DNA of 64,000 nucleotides from Nitrospirota bacterium (lineage in GTDB: Bacteria > Nitrospirota > Nitrospiria > SBBL01 > JAADHI01): assembly GCA_029261215.1 (NCBI GenBank), contig JAJDBT010000032.1:4002-68001 (forward strand), written 5' to 3'. The position numbers and the translations under genes are program-made. This document shows, in pieces, positions 48,857 through 56,059 of this stretch. The notes beneath the pieces are model-generated. The model saw only the letters and a program-made list of their open reading frames with translations, was not told where the DNA came from and did no database searches. Numbering within the stretch: the stretch's first letter is position 1; each line of letters opens with the position of its first letter.

Positions 48857-49694
48857 TGTATTTTACGGATTGCAAGGTGTTTAAAAGCAGCATCGCGATG
48901 GTCATCGGACCCACGCCGCCCGGCACCGGCGTAATCGCACCTGCCACTTCGCTCACGCCTTCAAAATCAACATCCCCGACCAGACGGCCGTCTGGCAGAC
49001 GATTGATCCCGACATCTATCACCGCCGCTCCGGGTTTCACCATATCCTTTGTTATAAATTGGGGTTTTCCAATCGCCGCGATCAGGATATCGGCCTCACG
49101 GCAGACCGCAGCTAAATCGCGTGTCCTTGAATGACAGATCGTGACTGTGGCATTTCGGTGAAGTAAAAGAAGCGCCGTCGGTTTTCCAACGATGTCACTG
49201 CGACCCACAACAACGGCATTCGCGCCTGAAATCTCAATCTTGGAACGGTCGAGCAATTCAATAACACCCAAGGGTGTGCAGGAAACAAAACCCGGCCGGT
49301 TGGCCACGAGCTTGCCCACGTTGAGATAGTGAAATCCATCGACATCTTTATCGGGACTGACCGCATCCAGCACTCGGCGGGAATCGATTTCCTTGGGTAA
49401 GGGCAGCTGGACCAGAATGCCGTGAATCTTTGGATTTTGGTTCAAGGCTTCTATTCGTTCAAGCACTTCGGATTCTTTGGCCGTTTCAGGCAGACGATAT
49501 TCCTCCGAGTAAATACCGACGGCTTCACACATTTTACGTTTGTTTCGGACATAAATCTGTGAAGCAGGGTCGTCTCCCACCAAAACCACTGCGAGACCTG
49601 GCACCCCTTTTGCGCTACGCGCCGCAACTTCCCGCTGAATATCATCACGGACTTGCTGCGCAATCTGTTTTCCGTCAATTCTTGCTGCTCTCAC
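48840..49694 (-). CDS. folD: Bifunctional methylenetetrahydrofolate dehydrogenase/methenyl-THF cyclohydrolase
   Basis: (M)[14 protein letters not shown] aligns with E. coli MAAKIIDGKTIAQQV. Also present are [20 protein letters not shown] and PGGVGPMT. The start is set at GTG 49694 (GAGAGG SD 6 nt upstream); the track extends to 49715. Confidence 0.92.
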   Translation of the reverse strand: MRAARIDGKQIAQQVRDDIQREVAARSAKGVPGLAVVLVGDDPASQIYVRNKRKMCEAVGIYSEEYRLPETAKESEVLERIEALNQNPKIHGILVQLPLPKEIDSRRVLDAVSPDKDVDGFHYLNVGKLVANRPGFVSCTPLGVIELLDRSKIEISGANAVVVGRSDIVGKPTALLLLHRNATVTICHSRTRDLAAVCREADILIAAIGKPQFITKDMVKPGAAVIDVGINRLPDGRLVGDVDFEGVSEVAGAITPVPGGVGPMTIAMLLLNTLQSVKYSEGQG

Positions 49695-50298
49695 ATTCAT
49701 CCTCTCTGCAAACAATGGTTTGTGTCTCTGTCATAATAAAATCTACCGGGACATCCGTGGGTTCAGCGGGCAATTGCGGCACGAGCTGGATGTCAAAGGC
49801 CAAACCAATAACCGGCTTTTGATGCTGATAGAGAATCCTATCATAATAACCGCCCCCATAACCCAGGCGGTTCCCCTTTTTATCAAAAGCAATGCCCGGA
49901 ATCACCCAAAGATCTATCTCCTTGACCATGACCTTTTTCTGAAAAGGACGTCTGGGCTGAATCACACCGAAAGGGCCTTCCTCCAGTGTTTCCGGCTCCA
50001 TTGACCGCAGTTCTGAAAAAGTGAGCAATTCACTTTCAGAACCAAGCAGAGGGACGACAATCCGTTTTTTCAGTCTCTGGGCTGTATCAATGAGAAACCC
50101 GGTACTGACTTCATCCCGCATTGAAAGATAGAACTGAATTGATTCCGCCCCTTGAAACTGCTTCGAGGCCATCAATCGATCCGAAATTTCCCGGCTATTA
50201 CGTTCTCGATCGCCAAGGCTCAATCGCCTCCGAAGAAGTAACTGAGCGTGCCGGATTGACTGCTTTGTTAACGCTTTATCTTTATGAAAAGTGGGCAA
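49675..50298 (-). CDS. 5-formyltetrahydrofolate cyclo-ligase
   Basis: [13 protein letters not shown].. N-terminus, the Gly-rich GYGGGYYDR motif and a TTG start. Confidence 0.8.
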   Translation of the reverse strand: MPTFHKDKALTKQSIRHAQLLLRRRLSLGDRERNSREISDRLMASKQFQGAESIQFYLSMRDEVSTGFLIDTAQRLKKRIVVPLLGSESELLTFSELRSMEPETLEEGPFGVIQPRRPFQKKVMVKEIDLWVIPGIAFDKKGNRLGYGGGYYDRILYQHQKPVIGLAFDIQLVPQLPAEPTDVPVDFIMTETQTIVCREDECESSKN

Positions 50299-50345
50299 TT
50301 TTTTCAGAGTAACAACCTGAGAAAGAACTTGTCAAGAAGCGCCAC

Positions 50346-50381
50346 TTGATACACCCCCCTCTTTTGAGGGGATTGTATCAA
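50346..50381. promoter_or_regulatory. 36-nt imperfect palindrome in the divergent 5-FCL / exosortase intergenic region
   Basis: TTGATACA-CC-CCCCTC-TTTT-GAGGGG-AT-TGTATCAA pairs as 8 bp + 6 bp with a 2x2 internal mismatch. Confidence 0.6.
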
Positions 50382-50465
50382 CAAGCCATATCCACATAGA
50401 ATACCCATTTAAGATTCACTTACTCAGCCTTATTTTTAATTTTAATGTATCATTAAATGTACGGT

Positions 50466-50492
50466 TGAAAGCCTGTACCGTACAGGCTTTCA
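50466..50492. promoter_or_regulatory. Perfect 13+1+13 palindrome upstream of the exosortase gene
   Basis: TGAAAGCCTGTAC-C-GTACAGGCTTTCA, 40 nt upstream of the xrt start. Both flanking genes diverge from it, so it is not a terminator. Confidence 0.6.
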
Positions 50493-50531
50493 TTCTAAAC
50501 ATGTTTGAATAAAATGTAAAAAGGATCATTG

Positions 50532-52112
50532 ATGCCCTCAAATGTGTCCAGATTATTCTATAAACCACAATTCTGGTTATTTACCGCCATAACCACAGTC
50601 GTTTTTTACTTGTACTACCCTGTCCTCCTCGGACTCGCAGACGACTGGTGGAATGACCCTGATTATTCTCATGGATTGCTTGTGCCCTTGATTAGCCTTT
50701 ATTTTATTTGGGGCAAAAAAGAGCATCTCAAAATGCTTTCTTTCAGGCCCGACTATTTCGGACTTCTGGTCTTGCTCGGCGGGGTGGGCTTGCTTACACT
50801 GGGCAATGCAGGCTCAGAACTCTTTTTAATGCGGATTTCTTTATTGATCACTATTTCAGGTCTCATCATTTTTCTTCTAGGATTTAAAACACTGAATACC
50901 ATTCTTTTTCCAATCGGCTTCCTTTTTTTTATGATCCCCCTGCCCGCCATTGTATTTAACGCGGTTGCTTTTCCATTGCAGCTCTTCGCAGCCCAAACGG
51001 CAGCGTTTTGCCTTCAGGTGGTCAGAGTACCCGTACTCCGGGAAGGAAACCTGATCTACCTCGCCTCTTCAATCATGGACGTAACGGAAGCCTGCAGCGG
51101 CATTCGTTCACTGATGACCCTTTCCGCCCTGGGGACACTTTTTGCGTACATTACGCAAAAAACACACCTAAAAAGAGGGCTGATGATGGCCTCAACGATC
51201 CCTATTGCGATCTTCTCAAATGCCTTTCGCGTAACCGGCACCGGGCTGCTCGCTCAATTTGTTGGAGAAAAAGCAGCACAAGGCTTTTACCATACCTTTA
51301 CAGGCTGGCTGGTTTTTATTGTCGCCTTTATTTTAATGCTGCTTGTCGGGTTTATTTTATCGAAATTTCCAGACAAAAAACCCATTCCCAAAGATGCAGT
51401 CCCAACAGAGAAACCACTTCGAAAGAAAGGCCTTACTTGGGTGCCTCTTACAGTTTCAGCCTTAATCCTTGTAGGGGGCATTTATATCAACCAAAGCATT
51501 TTACTGCATGGACAACCCATATTGCTGGAAGAATCACTCTCCGGCATGCCGTATACAATTGACCAATGGTCTGGAAACGATCACCCTTTTGAGGAAAAGA
51601 CAATCAAGGTTCTTGGGGTCACAGACTACATTAATCGATTATATGTTACAAAGGCAGATCATTCAGAAGTGTCCGATTCTTTATGGCTCTATGCAGGATA
51701 TTACGCCAGTCAACGCTCGGGAGCGACCTACCATAGCCCAAAAAACTGTCTTCCCGGAAGCGGTTGGGAAATTGTTGAGATTGAAAACCTCTCCGTGCCT
51801 ATGGCCTCTGCGACGGGGAATTCATCAATGCAGGTCATCAACAAAGTCATTGTGCAAAAAGGATTGGATCGGCAACTCATCCTTTATTGGTACCAGGATC
51901 GCGGACGCATTATCACCAGTGAGTATTGGGCAAAAATATATCTCATTTGGGATTCAATCACAAAAGGCCGGACAGACGGCTCAATGATTCGTGTTTCGAT
52001 TCCCATCGCCAAAGGCGATACCCCCGATAAGGCCCTCGCATTGGGAACCCTGTACATTAACCAGGTCTCACCCTATCTGGTGAAATACCTGCCGGGGCCA
52101 CATACGGCCTAG
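50532..52112 (+). CDS. xrtA: Exosortase (XrtA-like) with a fused C-terminal EpsI-family domain
   Basis: Multi-TM N-terminal half with exosortase catalytic motifs (TEACSGIRS Cys; SNAFRVTGTG Arg). The C-terminal periplasmic domain of about 200 aa resembles EpsI. A PrsK-like kinase is immediately downstream. Confidence 0.8.
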   Translation: MPSNVSRLFYKPQFWLFTAITTVVFYLYYPVLLGLADDWWNDPDYSHGLLVPLISLYFIWGKKEHLKMLSFRPDYFGLLVLLGGVGLLTLGNAGSELFLMRISLLITISGLIIFLLGFKTLNTILFPIGFLFFMIPLPAIVFNAVAFPLQLFAAQTAAFCLQVVRVPVLREGNLIYLASSIMDVTEACSGIRSLMTLSALGTLFAYITQKTHLKRGLMMASTIPIAIFSNAFRVTGTGLLAQFVGEKAAQGFYHTFTGWLVFIVAFILMLLVGFILSKFPDKKPIPKDAVPTEKPLRKKGLTWVPLTVSALILVGGIYINQSILLHGQPILLEESLSGMPYTIDQWSGNDHPFEEKTIKVLGVTDYINRLYVTKADHSEVSDSLWLYAGYYASQRSGATYHSPKNCLPGSGWEIVEIENLSVPMASATGNSSMQVINKVIVQKGLDRQLILYWYQDRGRIITSEYWAKIYLIWDSITKGRTDGSMIRVSIPIAKGDTPDKALALGTLYINQVSPYLVKYLPGPHTA

Positions 52113-52185
52113 CCAGCGCATCTTTTAGCTGTTATCATACTCCCCTTAAGTATTCATTCTTCATAATTTATAGAAGGTCTTTCTG

Positions 52186-54279
52186 ATGGACTCTGTTTCC
52201 CTAACAACACTTCCTTCACTCATTAGTGCCTTATTTTCCTTTGGCTTTGCTGTTTTTGTCGGATTAAGGGGCCTTAGACGACCTGCTAATCTGGGGTTTG
52301 CGCTCGCGATGCTGGGGCTTACGCTTCAGGAAACCAACACACTGCTGATCGGAAATAATCCTGAGCCAAACCGTCTGATTTTCTTTGGGAAATTGACTGT
52401 TTTTGGTGCGGTCTTCATGAGCGGGGGCTGGTTACTCTTTTCGATGAACTTTGCACGCACCCAGGATTCCAAAGTCCGTAGAAACAACACGCCGACCTGG
52501 GCGCTTTACGGGATACTGATTTTCTTTTCTTTGTTTTCGCCATTTGATTACCCCTCGCTCATAAACACGCCAGCGGTCACGCTGCATATTAATACAAGCG
52601 GTTTTGTGTTTTTTACTGTTTATCTCTGTGTTCTGGTATTGATTCTAACGAATCTTGAACAGATTTTTCGAGACTCCTCCGGGGCGACCCGATACAAAAT
52701 CAAATACATGTTACTTGGCACGGGAGCCATCCTCGCGCTCGAAGTTTACAAAACGGGTCAGATCCTTCTTTTTTCAGTCTTCGGATTAAAGACCCTGCCG
52801 CTTTACTCCATTGCGATCACCATTTCTTACCTTCTAATCCTATTTGCGCTCGTTCGTCATCGGCTCTTGAACATCGATGTGTTTGTCTCCCGCTATGTGG
52901 TCTATAAATCAGTAACCCTGCTTGCAGTCGGCGCATACCTTGGAACAGTGGGGTTGATGATTATTGGCGTTCAGCGCTTTGGAAACAAAACGTATATCCA
53001 ACTTATTCCGATTGGGGTATTTGCGGCACTCTTGGCCCTGATCATCCTGCTCCTCTCAGAAGAACTCCGACGGAAGCTGCAAACCTTTATTAATGTGAAT
53101 TTTTATCGCAATAAACACGACTATCGAAATAAATGGCAGGAATTTACCCATGCGGTAGGCTCCAAACTCCTTTTACCAGAACTGCTGCATTCCCTTGTCA
53201 CATGGCTTAGCGAAACAATGGGAACGAACGATTGTGCGATCTGGCTTTTAGACAGTGAGCGCAATCGTTATTACCTGGCCAGCAGGAAAGGCTTTTCATC
53301 CGCACCCAGCATCTGGGCCAGTCAAAGCCCTCTCATGGACTCCATTAAAATGGGGGGCTCCGCATTTGAATTGACTGAAAACAACCTGCTCTTTGAAGAA
53401 ATCACCAAAGAAGCGCCGATTTTTTTCGAGAAAAACCGTATTACAGCATGGATTCCACTCTATTCAAATGAAGAGATGATCGGAGTGCTCGCCCTGGGTC
53501 AAAAAATCGTACATGATCATTATGACTACCATGACCTGGATTTACTCATGACGATCGCCGATCAGGCCGCAGGCCAGATCGACCGGGTTCGACTCATCGA
53601 AGAACTCGGGGTCGTTCGCGAACTGAAAGCCATACACACCCTGTCTTCTTTTTTTCTACATGATCTAAAAAATTACACATCAACCTTGTCTCTTCTTGCT
53701 CAAAATGCCTCCAAACACGGGTCAAACCCCGCTTTTCAAAAAGATGCCTTTGAAACCATCAAGGGGACAGTCGATAAAATGAATCAGCTCATCAAACATA
53801 TTACCGTAGTCGCCAAAGGCTTGATGCTTTCCCGAACGACACTTGATCTTAATCTTCTCGTGGAGACAACTCTCTCAGGGCTGGATGGGGCTTTGGGTTT
53901 AAAAGGCCGAATCTGCTCCATGTTTTCCGACATCCCCACCCTGTCGGGCGACCCGGAACAACTGGCCAATGTTTTACGCAATCTGATCATCAATGCCTGC
54001 AACGCAAGCGATGAAGAAGGAACCGTCACGATTGAAACCCGTTCTGAAAATGATCATGTCTATTTTTCGGTAAGCGACCAGGGCTGCGGCATGACGGAAG
54101 AATTTATAGCCACAAAACTGTTCAAACCCCTACGCACATCGAGAGCTGCAGGATGGGGAATCGGACTCTTCCAGTGTCAGCAGATTGTCAAAGCCCATGG
54201 CGGGAAAATCCATGTCGAAAGTCAGGTCGGAGCGGGAAGTACGTTTACCGTTGAATTACCGATCGGGGAAGAAAAATAA
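52186..54279 (+). CDS. prsK: PEP-CTERM-system-type sensor histidine kinase (PrsK-like)
   Basis: About 300 aa of polytopic membrane domain, a GAF-like domain, an H-box (FFLHDLKNYTSTL) and an HATPase domain (NLIINACNA, DQGCGM, GWGIGL). The architecture and the position next to the exosortase match PrsK. Confidence 0.7.
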   Translation: MDSVSLTTLPSLISALFSFGFAVFVGLRGLRRPANLGFALAMLGLTLQETNTLLIGNNPEPNRLIFFGKLTVFGAVFMSGGWLLFSMNFARTQDSKVRRNNTPTWALYGILIFFSLFSPFDYPSLINTPAVTLHINTSGFVFFTVYLCVLVLILTNLEQIFRDSSGATRYKIKYMLLGTGAILALEVYKTGQILLFSVFGLKTLPLYSIAITISYLLILFALVRHRLLNIDVFVSRYVVYKSVTLLAVGAYLGTVGLMIIGVQRFGNKTYIQLIPIGVFAALLALIILLLSEELRRKLQTFINVNFYRNKHDYRNKWQEFTHAVGSKLLLPELLHSLVTWLSETMGTNDCAIWLLDSERNRYYLASRKGFSSAPSIWASQSPLMDSIKMGGSAFELTENNLLFEEITKEAPIFFEKNRITAWIPLYSNEEMIGVLALGQKIVHDHYDYHDLDLLMTIADQAAGQIDRVRLIEELGVVRELKAIHTLSSFFLHDLKNYTSTLSLLAQNASKHGSNPAFQKDAFETIKGTVDKMNQLIKHITVVAKGLMLSRTTLDLNLLVETTLSGLDGALGLKGRICSMFSDIPTLSGDPEQLANVLRNLIINACNASDEEGTVTIETRSENDHVYFSVSDQGCGMTEEFIATKLFKPLRTSRAAGWGIGLFQCQQIVKAHGGKIHVESQVGAGSTFTVELPIGEEK

Positions 54280-54306
54280 CGGTGAGTAAAATAAAAAAAG
54301 CCTGGA

Positions 54307-54819
54307 TCAATGCCCGTCTTTTTTTAAATGATATTCCCAGGGAGGGATAGGAGCCTCTGCCACCCATAGCCCCACCCTCATTTCACGGGCAGCTTCTTCC
54401 AAGTCGCCATAAGACACGTCGTCAGAGGTTTTCCAGGACCACCACGCAAGTCCGGCTTTAATCAATTCGCGGTTAAGGTTCAGGCTTTGATCCATCAAAA
54501 TAACCTCCGCAACCGCTTGCCCACGCCGGTCAAGTTCTTTGACATTAACCCTGACTGGCCCTGCATACACCAGCATCATGCTAAACTTTTTCGCTTCATT
54601 GGAGAAGGCCTGTCCCTCTTCAGGACAATCCACATCCGCCAAGCGCACTTTAACCCGCTTTCCTTTGTGGAGGACGCTCAGCAAATCCCCTTCGAGCACA
54701 TCCAGCACCGTTCCGTTGAAGGAATGGGAAAAACCCGGCTCAGCACTTGCGGTAAATGAAAAGAAAGAGATCAATAAAAGGACAAACACCACATTTTTTA
54801 TAAAATTTAAAACACCCAT
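54307..54819 (-). CDS. Secreted thermonuclease (staphylococcal nuclease-like)
   Basis: Signal peptide and SNase-fold motifs (VKVRLADVDCPE, RRGQAVAEV, LNRELIKAGLAW, EAAREMRVGLW). The start ATG overlaps the upstream stop (TAATG). Confidence 0.85.
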   Translation of the reverse strand: MGVLNFIKNVVFVLLLISFFSFTASAEPGFSHSFNGTVLDVLEGDLLSVLHKGKRVKVRLADVDCPEEGQAFSNEAKKFSMMLVYAGPVRVNVKELDRRGQAVAEVILMDQSLNLNRELIKAGLAWWSWKTSDDVSYGDLEEAAREMRVGLWVAEAPIPPWEYHLKKDGH

Positions 54820-55352
54820 TACTGTGCTTTCAATGAAGAAAGAAGGCCATCTTTAAAAAAAAGAACTTTCCTTTTTGTAAAATAGTACCAACGCTCAGTA
54901 TTCATAAATGTCCCGATTGCGGGTTTAACTTCTTCCGGTTTGCCTAAACTGGCCTGGACACTTTCCTGTGTCATCCCCACAACAACACGACCGGCTTTGA
55001 TTGCCTCCCGTATCTTTGGGTCTAAATCAGTGTGCGTTTCCAGATAATTTTTCTTTCGCTGTTTTTCAAAAACCCGATAGGCTTCATCGTAAAGCGTGTT
55101 TTTGTCCGACTTGGAAAGCTCCCAACCCGAGATGTAAACAAGATAGGCCATCTCTTTTTTTTTCTTCATATGACTTAATTGTTCATCTGCCACAACAGGA
55201 ACCAGCATTTCAATCAACTCGTCATGCGTCGCTTTTCTTCCGGCCTCGAAAAGACGATCCAGCAACAAGAGAGACGCATCATTCAGAGCAAACGCGGTCG
55301 AAGAAATATAGAGGAAGGAAAGGAAGAGACTGTGAAAAATGACTCGTTTCAA
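54819..55352 (-). CDS. Secreted hypothetical protein with a BamE/SmpA-OmlA-like C-terminal domain
   Basis: The start is set at TTG 55352, giving the signal peptide MKRVIFHSLFLSFLYISSTAFA. The C-terminal GMTQESVQASLGKPEEV...ERWYYF resembles the BamE fold. The track start (TTG 55394) lies inside the palindromic element. Confidence 0.6.
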   Translation of the reverse strand: MKRVIFHSLFLSFLYISSTAFALNDASLLLLDRLFEAGRKATHDELIEMLVPVVADEQLSHMKKKKEMAYLVYISGWELSKSDKNTLYDEAYRVFEKQRKKNYLETHTDLDPKIREAIKAGRVVVGMTQESVQASLGKPEEVKPAIGTFMNTERWYYFTKRKVLFFKDGLLSSLKAQ

Positions 55353-55374
55353 AATAGAACCCAGAGGTTGACCA

Positions 55375-55493
55375 TAGAGGAACCTCTGATTCAATCTCGA
55401 ATAGGTACAATGAAGCGGGTTTCGGTGTCAGCACAAAATGGCCAAACACCCGACTTCATCCATTCAAGTCAGACTGAATCAGAGGTTCCTCTA
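55375..55493. repeat. 119-nt palindromic element: a perfect 19-bp inverted repeat flanking 81 nt that itself folds
   Basis: TAGAGGAACCTCTGATTCA (55375-55393) and its exact reverse complement TGAATCAGAGGTTCCTCTA (55475-55493). The interior contains a second roughly 16-bp imperfect stem (ATGAAG(T)CGGGT.. / ..ACCCGCTTCAT). Confidence 0.85.
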
Positions 55494-55525
55494 CAAAAAA
55501 GTTTATCACAAGCACCGGATAAACT
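55494..55525 (-). terminator. Weak intrinsic terminator after the 87-aa gene
   Basis: The minus strand reads AGUUUAUC-CGGUGCUUGU-GAUAAACU followed by a U-tract. The stem is A/U-rich. Confidence 0.4.
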
Positions 55526-55566
55526 GTCAACAGTCAAGCAATGAGGTGATGACTCTGATTTCATCT

Positions 55567-55830
55567 TCATCCTGCAACCCGAGTCTTGTTTTCAACTTGA
55601 GCTTCTGCCTGAGTCAAAACAGGTTCTCCGGTAAAAGGCCTATCGATTCTCTTGTAATCCATCGGAACAGGAATGCCTTGTTTCATGAAACCAAGCAATT
55701 CGCGGGTCAACTCACTAAAAAAGGCGTTAATCTCCGGCCTTAAATTCTTAAACAATGCAAAAGTGGTCAATGCCAATATCAAGAAAATGGCAGGTACTCC
55801 TAAGCTTATGGCTAAAATCTGATTGATCAT
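55567..55830 (-). CDS. Small single-pass membrane protein, hypothetical (sigma54-dependent)
   Basis: 87-aa protein with an N-terminal TM helix (ILAISLGVPAIFLILALTTFALF) and a GGAG SD 7 nt upstream. A perfect sigma54 promoter lies about 55 nt upstream of the ATG. Confidence 0.6.
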   Translation of the reverse strand: MINQILAISLGVPAIFLILALTTFALFKNLRPEINAFFSELTRELLGFMKQGIPVPMDYKRIDRPFTGEPVLTQAEAQVENKTRVAG

Positions 55831-55896
55831 CTTCTTCTCCTTTTTGAGTGTCCATTCAAAGTGGGACAGGGTTAATCTTTAATGATCCATACATAA

Positions 55897-55912
55897 AGCA
55901 ATCGGCGTGCCA
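55897..55912 (-). promoter_or_regulatory. sigma54 (RpoN) -24/-12 promoter
   Basis: The minus strand reads TGGCACG-CCGA-TTGCT, an exact match to TGGCACG-N4-TTGCW. GG is at 55911/55910 and GC at 55899/55898. Confidence 0.8.
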
Positions 55913-55930
55913 AAACAACTATACCTTAAA

Positions 55931-55943
55931 AATCAATGCCTTA
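55931..55943. promoter_or_regulatory. IHF-site consensus between the enhancer and the sigma54 promoter
   Basis: AATCAATGCCTTA matches WATCAANNNNTTR and sits in AT-rich flanks. Confidence 0.5.
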
Positions 55944-55974
55944 TATATTAAATGGTTATTGAGATCCATATCTA

Positions 55975-56033
55975 TGTTCCATTTGGAAACATACTCTGAT
56001 GTTTCCAAATGGAACATGTTCCTTGATGGAACA
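55975..56033. promoter_or_regulatory. Three tandem 17-bp dyads (TGTTCC-N5-GGAACA), putative enhancer (UAS) for a sigma54 activator
   Basis: Site 1 is TGTTCCATTTGGAAACA (55975-55991). Site 2 is TGTTTCCAAATGGAACA (56000-56016). Site 3 is TGTTCCTTGATGGAACA (56017-56033), a perfect dyad. Sites 1 and 2 together form a perfect 19-bp inverted repeat (55974-55992 / 55999-56017). The centres lie about 97, 122 and 139 bp upstream of the predicted start. Confidence 0.65.
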
Positions 56034-56059
56034 CAAAAAATGACGGGGTTATTGTTTGG

